A stretch of DNA of 64,000 nt from Akkermansia sp. (lineage in GTDB: Bacteria > Verrucomicrobiota > Verrucomicrobiia > Verrucomicrobiales > Akkermansiaceae): contig JAFSFD010000024.1 of NCBI GenBank assembly GCA_017435365.1, positions 61,282 through 125,281 on the forward strand, in the 5' to 3' direction. Each line of letters begins with the position of its first letter. Within the stretch, counting starts at the first letter, position 1. Positions 35,402-44,395 of this stretch are shown in pieces. The notes beneath the pieces were generated by a model that worked only from the letters and a program-made list of their open reading frames with translations, had not been told where the DNA came from and made no database searches. A program made the position numbers and the translations under genes.

Positions 35402-36391
35402 ATGATTCGCATATACACGCAGACGGAGAATGGGATTTCCCGCACGGTGGGCCTGGAAGAGCAGGAGAACCGCCGCGGGGATGTGTTCTGGATTGACCTC
35501 TTAACACCGAATGCAGATGAACTAAGGTATGCGGAATCGCTTTGCAGTATTGAGATGCCCACGAAGGATGAGATGCGCGAAATTGAGGCTACCTCGCGTC
35601 TGTATTGCGAGGACGGCGGCCGTTTCATGACCACCACGGTGCTCTCCCGAGTGGAGACGGATGAACCCATCATCTCGGAAATCACCTTCATTCTGAAGAG
35701 CAAGCTGCTCATCACCATCCGCCACACAGATTCGTACTCCTTCCGCATGTTCTCGCAGCAGCTGCTGCGCATGAGCCAGACAAACCGCGACCTGGTGTTC
35801 ATCGGGCTTCTGGAAACACTGGTTGACCGCCAGGCCGACGTGCTGGAACGCTTCGGTGCCGACCTTGATACGCTTTCCAAAAAGGTATTCGGCACGCACC
35901 ACACCCGCCGCAAGCAGAAGAAGGAAGACCCGGATACTGATGACCTTCGCGACGCTCTGGAAGAGCTGGGCCGAGTGGGTGACCTCATCACCCGCCAGCG
36001 CGATGCCCTGGTGAACCTCCTGCGCCTCATCACCTACGCCGGTAACGAGGAAAGCTGCGTGAGCGATGATAACCTGTACATGCCGCTGCGCTCCGTCTCC
36101 CGAGACGTGAACTCGCTTTCCGAATATGCGGCCTTCCTTTCCAACAAGATCAACTTCATGCTCGATGCCGTGCTCGGGCTTATTAACATCGAGCAGAACG
36201 ATATCTTCAAGGTGTTCACCATCATGAGCGTGGTGTTCCTGCCGCCCACGCTGATTGCCAGCATCTTCGGCATGAATTTCAAGTTCATTCCCTTCCTGCA
36301 GACGGACTGGGGCGTGTGGGTATCGCTGGTGCTCATGGTGCTTTCCGGTGCGCTGCCCCTCATCATCTTCAAAATCAAACGCTATATCTGA
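35402..36391 (+). CDS. corA: magnesium/cobalt transporter CorA
   Basis: C-terminal two TM helices with the GMNF signature (ASIFGMNFKFIP). AGGAG lies 5 nt upstream of the ATG. Confidence 0.9.
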   Translation: MIRIYTQTENGISRTVGLEEQENRRGDVFWIDLLTPNADELRYAESLCSIEMPTKDEMREIEATSRLYCEDGGRFMTTTVLSRVETDEPIISEITFILKSKLLITIRHTDSYSFRMFSQQLLRMSQTNRDLVFIGLLETLVDRQADVLERFGADLDTLSKKVFGTHHTRRKQKKEDPDTDDLRDALEELGRVGDLITRQRDALVNLLRLITYAGNEESCVSDDNLYMPLRSVSRDVNSLSEYAAFLSNKINFMLDAVLGLINIEQNDIFKVFTIMSVVFLPPTLIASIFGMNFKFIPFLQTDWGVWVSLVLMVLSGALPLIIFKIKRYI

Positions 36392-36393
36392 CC

Positions 36394-37302
36394 ATGATAC
36401 CCATTCGCAAGGTTGTTACCCCGGACCAGGAGATTTACAAGGCCGATATTCTCATTGAAGCTCTGCCGTACCTGCAGGCATACCGTGACCAGACCATCCT
36501 CATCAAGTTCGGTGGTTCTGCCATGGATAATCCTGACCTGGTGAAGTCGCTCATGCGTGATATCGTGGTGATGGAGACCATGGGACTGAACCCCGTGGTG
36601 GTGCATGGCGGCGGCAAGGCCATCTCCAAGGCTATGGCCGATGCCGGGCTGGAAGCGCGCTTCGTGAATGGGCTCCGTGTGACCACGCCCGAGGCCATTG
36701 ACATTGTGGAGCGCACGCTCAGCGGCACCATCAACCCCGGCCTGGTGGAGATGATGCGCGGCCACGGCGGCAAGGCCGTGGGCATCCCCGGCACCAACGT
36801 GTTTGTGGGTGAGAAAATCATGGAGAAGGATGCCGAGGGCAACCCGGTGGATATCGGTATGGTTGGCAACGTCATCGGGTGCCAGCTTTCCCGCGTGAAA
36901 GAGGCTCTTTCCCTCCAGCTCACCCCGGTGATTTCTCCGCTGGCCCGCGAGCTGGGCACCAATCATTCCCTGAATGTGAATGCCGACCTGGCCGCCGCTG
37001 CGCTGGCCCGCGAGCTGAAGCCTGTGAAGCTGGTGTACATTTCCGATGTGCCCGGTCTGATGAATGACCCGGGCGACCCGAGTACCATCATCCAGAGTAT
37101 CAACCGCAAGGAAGCTTTCGAGCTCATCGAGAAGGGCATTATCTCCGGCGGCATGATTCCCAAGGTGAAGAGCGCTGTGGATGCGCTGAACGCCGGTGTG
37201 CGCAAGGTTCACTTCATTGATGGTCGCCTGCGCCACACGCTGCTTCTGGAAATCTTCACCCCTGAGGGTATCGGCACCGAGATTGTCCGCGAACAACGCT
37301 GA
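36394..37302 (+). CDS. argB: acetylglutamate kinase
   Basis: ILIEALPYLQAYRDQTILIKFGGSAM, VVVHGGG and the NVNADLAA motif. The ATG at 36394 was chosen because the track start at 36316 overlaps corA. Confidence 0.92.
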   Translation: MIPIRKVVTPDQEIYKADILIEALPYLQAYRDQTILIKFGGSAMDNPDLVKSLMRDIVVMETMGLNPVVVHGGGKAISKAMADAGLEARFVNGLRVTTPEAIDIVERTLSGTINPGLVEMMRGHGGKAVGIPGTNVFVGEKIMEKDAEGNPVDIGMVGNVIGCQLSRVKEALSLQLTPVISPLARELGTNHSLNVNADLAAAALARELKPVKLVYISDVPGLMNDPGDPSTIIQSINRKEAFELIEKGIISGGMIPKVKSAVDALNAGVRKVHFIDGRLRHTLLLEIFTPEGIGTEIVREQR

Positions 37303-37314
37303 TTTAATTCTGCA

Positions 37315-38160
37315 GTGAAAACGCCCGCTTCCATTGGTATTTTTTCACCTGCTCGCTCTACGGCGTGCCAGATGGCTCTGCAGCAGCTTATGGATGCCTG
37401 CTCAGCGGCCGGACTGAATGCCTACGAAATGGGCAAGAACACGGTGAACGACCCGGTGCTCGGACATCCTGAGCTGATTCTCTGCCTCGGGGGCGATGGC
37501 ACCATGCTCTCCGTTGCCCTGGCAGCCAGCAGCACCGGCACCATCATCGGCGGTATCAATATGGGGCACCTCGGTTTCTTGAGCGCCTGCGGCCGCGATG
37601 AGATGGAACAGCTGGTGAGTGCCCTGGCCGAGGGAACCTACGAGGTGGATGAACGCGCCATGCTCGAAGTCCGCAAGTTCGATGCTGCGGGCGAGGAGAC
37701 AAATCGCCGTTTCTATGCGCTCAATGAGCTTTCCCTAACGCGCGCCAAGACCGGCAAGATGATTGACGTGGATGTGGAGCTGGACGGCAAGCTTCTCAAC
37801 CGTTACCATGCAGACGGAATTCTGGTGGCCACGCCCACCGGCTCTACGGCTTATTCCATGTCGGCAGGCGGCCCGCTCATGTGGCCGACAGCCGGGGTGA
37901 CCTGCCTGACCCCCATCTGCCCGCACAGCCTCACAAGCCGCCCGATTGTGCTGCCGGATTCGGTGGAAATCACCCTGCGCCCGCGCGAGCGCCGCGGCCG
38001 CGCCGAAGAATCGCTCATTTTCTCGCTGGACGGACGAAATATCTACCCCATCGCGCTCAATGAGACCCTGCGCGTGCGCAAGGCCCCGAACCCGCTCCGC
38101 CTGCTGAACCTGCCCGGCAGCGACTACGCCGCCCGCCTGCGCGCCAAGCTCCGCTGGTAA
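37315..38160 (+). CDS. nadK: NAD kinase
   Basis: GGDGTML and NRYHADGILVATPTGSTAYSMSAGGP motifs. GTG start. Confidence 0.9.
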   Translation: MKTPASIGIFSPARSTACQMALQQLMDACSAAGLNAYEMGKNTVNDPVLGHPELILCLGGDGTMLSVALAASSTGTIIGGINMGHLGFLSACGRDEMEQLVSALAEGTYEVDERAMLEVRKFDAAGEETNRRFYALNELSLTRAKTGKMIDVDVELDGKLLNRYHADGILVATPTGSTAYSMSAGGPLMWPTAGVTCLTPICPHSLTSRPIVLPDSVEITLRPRERRGRAEESLIFSLDGRNIYPIALNETLRVRKAPNPLRLLNLPGSDYAARLRAKLRW

Positions 38161-38284
38161 AACAATTGAAGAAAGTTATTCCGCGCGCGTGCCCCAGGGA
38201 TTGTGTGAGGTATTGAAATATCCATAACATTTTGGAAGAAGCCTCCTTACTTCTCGAAAATGGGGAATCTCCTTCACCTGCGGC

Positions 38285-38408
38285 CCGGTAAATTGGAATT
38301 TGTGGGGGAACTCTGTCGGAGCACGGGACTTCAGTCCCGATTGGAAGCACCGTTATTTCGGGACTGAAATCCCGTGCCCCGACAACGACAAACATCAATT
38401 TGGCGAGC
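38285..38408. repeat. ~125-bp palindromic intergenic repeat, copy B (inverted relative to copy A)
   Basis: Its reverse complement matches 35103..35226 with only a handful of substitutions. Extra shared flank: ggcttcttccaaaatgtt (35.24 kb / 38.23 kb). Confidence 0.8.
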
Positions 38409-38472
38409 CGACTTAAATTTTTAAGAGCTGCGCGGTTAATGCTTAGGGTGCCGCGAGCGAAATTCCCCGTCG

Positions 38473-38838
38473 TCAGCGTTCACGGCGGGGGAGGAGGAGC
38501 ATGATGAGCTGCAGAATCCAGCCGTATGGCGGGAACAGGAACATGAGGCCGAAGATGAGCAGCTTGGGGTACAGGGCAAAGCCGATATCATTCAGACGCC
38601 GCCAGATGGCACCCAGAAAGAATGAAATGAGCAGCAGGTGCACCAGGGCAGAACCGACAATACTCCCGGCTATGCCGGCATTCCCCACCTCGGTGCCGAG
38701 AACCAGGTAGCTGATACCGCCACCGGCCAGTGCAAACCAGACTTTCGGCAGCAGATAGACCCAGAGCCAGTAAACGAGGAAATCGTGGCGGCTGAGTCTG
38801 CCGTGGAAATTGTAGAGTCTGGCAAGGGGATTTTTCAT
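38473..38838 (-). CDS. DUF805-family inner membrane protein
   Basis: N-terminal FHGRLSRHDFLVYWL motif, ~4 TM helices, and WRRLNDIG. 121 aa. Confidence 0.72.
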   Translation of the reverse strand: MKNPLARLYNFHGRLSRHDFLVYWLWVYLLPKVWFALAGGGISYLVLGTEVGNAGIAGSIVGSALVHLLLISFFLGAIWRRLNDIGFALYPKLLIFGLMFLFPPYGWILQLIMLLLPRRER

Positions 38839-39816
38839 TTATACGATGAGCATGCAATCGCCGTAGGAGAAGAAGCGGTAGCGCTGCTCCACGGCCTGGC
38901 GGTAGGCTTCCATGATGAGCTCCTTGCCGGCAAAGGCGCACACCAGCATGATGAGGGTGCTCTGCGGCAGGTGGAAGTTGGTGAGCAGAGCCCCCACGGT
39001 CTTGAATTCGTAGCCGGGGTAGATGAAGATATCCGTATCGCCGCTGGTGGCGGGCAGGGGGGAGCCGTGGCGTGTGGCCAGTGTTTCCAGCACGCGCACG
39101 CTGGTGGTGCCCACGGCTACCACGCGTTTTGCAGCGGCTATGGCATCGGCCGTTTCCTGCGGCATTACGAAGCTCTCGCGGTGCATGTGGTGGTCGGCCA
39201 CATTCTCCACCTTCACCGGGCGGAAGGTGCCCACGCCCACGTGCAGGGTCACGAAGCTGTGCGGCAGCTGAGCGAGAATCTCCGGGGTGAAGTGCAGCCC
39301 TGCCGTGGGGGCGGCAATGGCGCCCTCGTGTTCGGCGTAAACGGTCTGGTAGCGTTCCTTGTCCGCAGGTTCGCTTTCACGGTTCATGTAGTGCGGCAGC
39401 GCCAGACGCCCGTATACCTCCGGGTCCACAAACTTATCCCAGCGGATATAGCGGTAGCCTTCGTCATCGATGCTTTCGACAGTGCCTGTGGCATCGCCCA
39501 CCTGCACGGTGCGGCCCACCTTCATCTTCTTGCCGGGGCGCACCAGGCATTTCCAGACCAGTTCCTGGGCCAGCCCGGCGCGCACGAGTTCGATACCACC
39601 ATCGTTGCTGAAGTAGCGGGCGGGCACCACCTTGGTGTTGTTCAGCACAAAGTGGTCACCGGGCTGCACGTATTCCAGGATATCGTGGAAATGGCGGTGC
39701 TCGATGAGCCCGGTATCGCGGTGCACGACCAGCATGCGGCTCGCGGCGCGATCCGGCAGCGGGCGGTCGGCAATCAGCTCTTCAGGCAGGTGGTAATCGA
39801 AATCGATGGTACGCAT
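38839..39816 (-). CDS. queA: S-adenosylmethionine:tRNA ribosyltransferase-isomerase
   Basis: MRTIDFDYHLPEELIADRPLPDRAASRMLVV..., AAPTAGLHFT and VGTTSVR motifs. Confidence 0.92.
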   Translation of the reverse strand: MRTIDFDYHLPEELIADRPLPDRAASRMLVVHRDTGLIEHRHFHDILEYVQPGDHFVLNNTKVVPARYFSNDGGIELVRAGLAQELVWKCLVRPGKKMKVGRTVQVGDATGTVESIDDEGYRYIRWDKFVDPEVYGRLALPHYMNRESEPADKERYQTVYAEHEGAIAAPTAGLHFTPEILAQLPHSFVTLHVGVGTFRPVKVENVADHHMHRESFVMPQETADAIAAAKRVVAVGTTSVRVLETLATRHGSPLPATSGDTDIFIYPGYEFKTVGALLTNFHLPQSTLIMLVCAFAGKELIMEAYRQAVEQRYRFFSYGDCMLIV

Positions 39817-39833
39817 GGGCGGCCTGGCAGGAA

Positions 39834-41189
39834 TCAGCAGGGGAAGATTTCGATGCGGCGCAGCACTTCATCGCGGCCGAGGGCCTGCATGACCACATCG
39901 ATACCGGGGCCGGCGTGGCAGCCGGTCAGAGCCATGCGCAGGGGGAACATCATGGCGCCCACCTTCACACCATTGGCCTTGGCCAGCGGCTTCACAATCT
40001 GGAAGGCAGCCTCACCGCTCCATTCCTCGATGCCCTTGGCAGCCTCCACAAAGAGGTTCAGCATCTCGCGGGCGTTCTCCTGCAGCTTGGCCATGGATTC
40101 AGCCTCGTATTCGAGCGTCTGCACCCACTTCACCCAGGCGGGCGTTTCACTGAGCAGCTGCACCTTGGTCTGCACGGCGGGGAGCAGCTCGCGCAGCTGG
40201 GCGGTGTCCTCCAGCCCGGCCTTGGTGCAGAAGGGCATGGCGAGCTCCACGAACTTTCCGGGCTCCAGGCGCATGATGTGCTGCTGGTTCATCCACTTGC
40301 ACTTGGTGATATCGAACTTGGCGGCAGCGCGGTTCACATTCTCCAGGGAGAATAGGTTGATGAGCTCCTCCTTGGTGAATACCTCGTCATCGCTCTTGGG
40401 GCTCCAGCCAAGCAGGGCAATGAAGTTCACCACGGCATCCGGCAGGAAGCCTTCCTCCGGGTAGTTGCCGAGCTGGGCGCCCACGTCGCGTTTGCTCATC
40501 TTGGAACCGTCCGGGTTCTGGATGAGCGGGATGTGGGCGTACACAGGCGGCTCCACACCGAAGGCATCGAAGAGCTGCAGATGCTTGAAGGTGTTCATGA
40601 TGTGGTCCTCACCGCGGATGACGTGGGTAATCTTCATCTCGATATCGTCCACCACGTTCACCAGGTGGAAGATGTAGGAACCATCCGTGCGCTTCACCAC
40701 CATGTCCGGGGTGTTGTCCACGTTGTTATAGTCCACGGAAATATCGCCGCAGACCATGTCGTGCAGGGTCATCACGCCCTCGCGCTTGAAGCGGAAGCGC
40801 CACACCGTGCCTTCGCTGGTGCCGGGGATTTCATCGCCGTTCTTGTCGCGCTTGTTGGGGGCGGGGCATTCGTACACGCGGCCCATCTCCACGAGCTTCT
40901 GGAAATAGCGGTCGTAGATATCCTTGCGCTGGCTCTGGAAATATGGGGCGTAGTCGCCGCCCTTGCCTTCGCCTTCATCCCAGTCGAGACCCAGCCAGCT
41001 CATGCCGGTGAAGATAGCCTTCATAGCGTCTTCCACGTGGCGTTCCTGGTCGGTGTCTTCGATGCGGAGCACGAAGGTGCCACCCATCTTGCGGGTGAAA
41101 AGGTAGTTGAACAGAGCGGTACGGGCACCACCGATATGCAGGTAGCCGGTGGGCGAAGGGGCAAAGCGTGTGCGTACGTGCGTTGACAT
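39834..41189 (-). CDS. gltX: glutamate--tRNA ligase
   Basis: MSTHVRTRFAPSPTGYLHIGGARTALFNY (HIGH) and KMSKR. The ATG at 41189 is preferred over the GTG at 41204 because a -10 box sits 6 nt upstream. Confidence 0.92.
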   Translation of the reverse strand: MSTHVRTRFAPSPTGYLHIGGARTALFNYLFTRKMGGTFVLRIEDTDQERHVEDAMKAIFTGMSWLGLDWDEGEGKGGDYAPYFQSQRKDIYDRYFQKLVEMGRVYECPAPNKRDKNGDEIPGTSEGTVWRFRFKREGVMTLHDMVCGDISVDYNNVDNTPDMVVKRTDGSYIFHLVNVVDDIEMKITHVIRGEDHIMNTFKHLQLFDAFGVEPPVYAHIPLIQNPDGSKMSKRDVGAQLGNYPEEGFLPDAVVNFIALLGWSPKSDDEVFTKEELINLFSLENVNRAAAKFDITKCKWMNQQHIMRLEPGKFVELAMPFCTKAGLEDTAQLRELLPAVQTKVQLLSETPAWVKWVQTLEYEAESMAKLQENAREMLNLFVEAAKGIEEWSGEAAFQIVKPLAKANGVKVGAMMFPLRMALTGCHAGPGIDVVMQALGRDEVLRRIEIFPC

Positions 41190-41195
41190 GCGCGC

Positions 41196-41224
41196 CTTAT
41201 ACACCTAATCACCCGAATTTTCAA
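41196..41224 (-). promoter_or_regulatory. promoter of gltX (TTGAAA-17-TATAAG, 6 nt before ATG)
   Basis: The minus strand reads TTGAAAattcgggtgattaggtgTATAAGgcgcgcATG. Confidence 0.5.
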
Positions 41225-41259
41225 GTACAATCGACCACAATGACGACAATATGGTGGAT

Positions 41260-41751
41260 TTATTGTGCCCGGAATCGCAGGATGCACCAGATGACCAGGC
41301 AGGGAATGGTTACGAAAAGAAGGTTGACTGAATAGCTGCTCCCGTAGAAAAACAGCAGGGCTGTGCCGATGAGCAGGGTGGAAAGCAGACTGCGGATGCG
41401 GTGGTGAATGGGGCGGTTCTTCCATTTCCGCCAGAAGGCACGCCGGCTCAGCACGGCAGTCCAGAGCGACATGAGCGCCGATGCAAAACAGAAGATGCCG
41501 CCGAAGATACTGCGTTCCTCGACATAAAACAACTGGACGACAGCCATTGCAGTCTGGATAAGTGAGTTGAGGGTGAACTCCAGGCATATCAGCGCATAGC
41601 CTGCGAGGCATAGCCAGCGGGGGCATCCATCTTCGAGCAGGAGCAGAGATTCCCGCACTCCCTGGCGGTTGAAGATATAGGCCGGCAACAGGCAGAAAAA
41701 GGCAATGGCGAAGACCGGAATCGTAACTGCAGATAACAGGAAAAGTATCAT
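41260..41751 (-). CDS. hypothetical polytopic membrane protein
   Basis: 163 aa, about 5 TM helices, 3-nt gap to the upstream gene. Confidence 0.5.
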   Translation of the reverse strand: MILFLLSAVTIPVFAIAFFCLLPAYIFNRQGVRESLLLLEDGCPRWLCLAGYALICLEFTLNSLIQTAMAVVQLFYVEERSIFGGIFCFASALMSLWTAVLSRRAFWRKWKNRPIHHRIRSLLSTLLIGTALLFFYGSSYSVNLLFVTIPCLVIWCILRFRAQ

Positions 41752-41754
41752 AGC

Positions 41755-42156
41755 TCAGGCTGAATAGAGGACAGCGGGAATCAAAGCGAGAAAATAGAGA
41801 ATCAGCAAGATGAAATCCGCCTCCTTGCGTGCATAGGCATAGCCGATGCCCAGCGGCAGCAGCACCGGCAGACTCAGGGGAAGAAGGATGAGCGCATAGC
41901 TTTCGTGCCCGCAAATGGCGTGCCACCCCACGCTGAGGGGGTACCAGAGCGCAAGCCCTGCCAACAGGACCAGAAAGGAGGATTTCTTTCTGACTGCCGC
42001 CAGCAGGAGAATGGCGAACAGGACAGCGCACCAGGGGTACAGTTGCTTCAGCTCAGCGATACCCTCCGGGTGACAGGATTCGTCAGGTGATGCCACCAGG
42101 AGCCATGCCCCGGTGACCGCCAGAATCGCCACGGTGATGCCGCTGAACCACTTCAT
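41755..42156 (-). CDS. hypothetical polytopic membrane protein
   Basis: 133 aa, about 4 TM helices, 3-nt gap to the upstream gene. Confidence 0.5.
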   Translation of the reverse strand: MKWFSGITVAILAVTGAWLLVASPDESCHPEGIAELKQLYPWCAVLFAILLLAAVRKKSSFLVLLAGLALWYPLSVGWHAICGHESYALILLPLSLPVLLPLGIGYAYARKEADFILLILYFLALIPAVLYSA

Positions 42157-42159
42157 CCC

Positions 42160-43893
42160 TCATTCCACAGGTTGGAGCTCGAAATCGCTGCCGGAGTGGC
42201 GGATGTTGTAGGGAACACCGCCCTTGATGGTGGGGTAGATGTCGTTTCGTTCGATGGTGTTTCCGGAGAAGGTGACATCATCTGCCGAGATGGCAGAGAG
42301 CAGGGGGACACGGTGGGTGATGAACTCATTATCCACGATGCGGACGTTGGTATGATAGCGCTGCTTCTGATTGCCGGGCTGGCGCACCTCCGGGCAGATG
42401 GAGATGATGGCATCGGTGAACTGGTAGAGCGCGGTGAGCCCGTGGCGGAAGGTGTTGCCCTTGATAAGCACATCCTTGCAGGCGCCGCTTTCGTACCAGC
42501 CCTGTGCATCACCGGCCAGGAGAATGGCCGAGCCGTGGGTGTGGTCGAAGTGGTTGCCGATGACCCGCACCTGTTCCGGCGTGGTGAAGAGGGCACCGCG
42601 GGCGCGGTTGTGGCGGATGAGGTTGTGGCTGAAATCCACGCTGGGGTGCCAGTCGGCATTTTCAATGGCATCCCCCTCACCGATGTCGGCGGGCAGGTCC
42701 TCCGCGAGCGTCACGCGCACGTGGCGCGGGTCGATGATTTCCACGGAATCCACCTCAATCTGCTTTTCGTCCACCTCCAGGGTCGGGCCGTGGATGAAGC
42801 CCAGCTTCTCGCCGGGAGTCACCACTTCAAAGCCGTAGGCCTGGCCGTGCATGTAGCGGGCGATGAAGGTGCGCGGGGACTCCACCTTGGTGATGCCCAG
42901 GCAAGTGGCGTGCACGTTGATGGCGTCGTCCATCATGGCCTCGTAGGTAGCTCCCTGTACGCTGATGTGGCCGCGGCAGTTGGAGAAGTGGGTGGCATCG
43001 GCCGCAGTGGTGTGCATGCGGCCAGCTGCGCGCAGGCAACCGCCGCCGCGGATGGTGATATTCTCGCTGCGCTGGGCAATGAGGGCCATACCCTGGCTGT
43101 CGTGGAAGACCACGTTGTTCAGCGTGGTATCCTTGGCGCGGTAAAGCAGCATGCCGGGATGCGGGCGGAAGTAGCTGCGCAGCACCAGAGTCTGCCCGAC
43201 GGAAAGCCCCTTGGCCGCGGCATCCTCTGCAAACCTCACCCGGTTGCCGGTGAGGTCCTCAGCCTTGGCATACCAGGCCATGTCGCCACTGCGGCCAGTG
43301 GGCACCATGCGGCCATCCTGCTCGAAGGCGAGAATGCAGTGAATGTTATCCTTGCGGCCATTATTGGTAAGGAGAAATTTGCCGTTTTCCACAGTGTAGC
43401 GGCTGGCCTGGCTCATCTGCAGCGTGGTGTGCCCATCCTTTATTTCGATGATGCAGCCTTCGGCAGAAAATGGTTCCGCAAAGTCGATGCTGATATCATT
43501 CACGGTGACATCTTCGCTATCCATGAGGACGACCGGCAGCATCATGCCGTGGAAAATGAACTTCGCGCCATTGCCGTAGAGCTGCACATCTTTCAACCCC
43601 ACCAGCGGCAGGGCTACCGGATGCACCGCCTGCTGGTCGTGGTTGGAGATGAACATCTGCATGGGCTGGGCACTGCTGCGGTGAAAATGGTATTCACCGG
43701 GTGCAAAGTTGATGCGGCTCGCGCCCTTGGCACGTGCATCATTTATCAGCAGCCGCACCGCAGCGCCGCAGTCCTTGCCGCCGGGGTGTACGCCGTAGTC
43801 CGATGCGTTCAGTTCCATGGCCGTAACAGAACTAAGTGCCATAGTGGTGACTATGGCACTTGCTGCAAAAAAGGGGATGTCGGGGATTCCCAT
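42160..43893 (-). CDS. exported right-handed parallel beta-helix glycosidase-like protein (possibly GH110-type alpha-galactosidase)
   Basis: Signal peptide. Pectate-lyase-fold N-cap (NASDYGVHPGGKDCGAAVRLLINDA...INFAPGEYHF). Repeated beta-helix rungs (NVVFHDSQGMALIAQRSENITIRGG; ...MDDAINVH...; NLIRHNRARGALF). The GH110 assignment is from memory of that family's size and fold and is not verified. Confidence 0.55.
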   Translation of the reverse strand: MGIPDIPFFAASAIVTTMALSSVTAMELNASDYGVHPGGKDCGAAVRLLINDARAKGASRINFAPGEYHFHRSSAQPMQMFISNHDQQAVHPVALPLVGLKDVQLYGNGAKFIFHGMMLPVVLMDSEDVTVNDISIDFAEPFSAEGCIIEIKDGHTTLQMSQASRYTVENGKFLLTNNGRKDNIHCILAFEQDGRMVPTGRSGDMAWYAKAEDLTGNRVRFAEDAAAKGLSVGQTLVLRSYFRPHPGMLLYRAKDTTLNNVVFHDSQGMALIAQRSENITIRGGGCLRAAGRMHTTAADATHFSNCRGHISVQGATYEAMMDDAINVHATCLGITKVESPRTFIARYMHGQAYGFEVVTPGEKLGFIHGPTLEVDEKQIEVDSVEIIDPRHVRVTLAEDLPADIGEGDAIENADWHPSVDFSHNLIRHNRARGALFTTPEQVRVIGNHFDHTHGSAILLAGDAQGWYESGACKDVLIKGNTFRHGLTALYQFTDAIISICPEVRQPGNQKQRYHTNVRIVDNEFITHRVPLLSAISADDVTFSGNTIERNDIYPTIKGGVPYNIRHSGSDFELQPVE

Positions 43894-43894
43894 A

Positions 43895-44314
43895 TTACAA
43901 ACAGGTGATGCCCTGGTTTTTCAATTCTTCCAGAGAAATCCCGGAGAGGTAGTCCTTGATTGCGTTGTGCAGACCAACCCACACCGGAATGGTGAGGCAG
44001 CTATCATGCAGCGGGCATTCATTCTCATCCATGGAAAGGCAGTGCACCGGTGCCAGCCCACCCTCAGCAGTGCTGAGTATTTCATATAACGGGTATTCCG
44101 CAGGCTTGCGGGTGAGCATGTAGCCGCCGGCCTTGCCGCGAAGGCTCTGGACCAGATTGTCGCGCAGAAGCAGCGCCATGATACTCTCCATGTACTTGGG
44201 CGTGATATTCTGACGCTCTGAAATTTCGCGAAGAGCCACGGGGCTGTCCTCACCATTCTGAGCCAGATCCAGCATAATGCGAAGGGCGTAACGACCCTTT
44301 GTAGATATCCTCAT
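43895..44314 (-). CDS. Rrf2-family transcriptional regulator
   Basis: MRISTKGRYALRIMLDLA... wHTH domain plus a Cys cluster (CLSMDENECPLHDSC) compatible with Fe-S binding. The start is at 44314 or 44317. Confidence 0.85.
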   Translation of the reverse strand: MRISTKGRYALRIMLDLAQNGEDSPVALREISERQNITPKYMESIMALLLRDNLVQSLRGKAGGYMLTRKPAEYPLYEILSTAEGGLAPVHCLSMDENECPLHDSCLTIPVWVGLHNAIKDYLSGISLEELKNQGITCL

Positions 44315-44319
44315 CATAA

Positions 44320-44359
44320 ACGTGCTGTTATTATAGAATAACAGCACGTCTCACGTCAA
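44320..44359 (-). promoter_or_regulatory. Rrf2 gene promoter (TTGACG-18-TATAAT) with overlapping 12-bp perfect inverted repeat (candidate operator)
   Basis: acgtgctgttat-N6-ataacagcacgt (44320-44349) overlaps the -10 box (44330-44335). The -35 box is at 44354-44359. Confidence 0.5.
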
Positions 44360-44395
44360 GAGAAAAGATACTTTTCCTATAGGAAAAACGCAGAA

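Noticed and set aside
35103-38408. corA-argB-nadK segment as a composite transposon
   Set aside because: The flanking repeats are only ~125 bp, encode no transposase and are in inverted orientation. The cargo is core metabolism with native composition. I interpret them as dispersed intergenic repeats. The identical 'proteins' MMFVVVGARDFSPEITVL... (35112..35405 + and 38057..38398 -) are repeat-derived artefacts.
41021-42031. 336-aa minus-strand ORF overlapping gltX 5' end and two membrane-protein genes
   Set aside because: It is out of frame with three better-supported genes (gltX, 41260..41751, 41755..42156), is Pro/Arg/Ala/Cys-rich, and crosses an intergenic promoter. It is a chance ORF.
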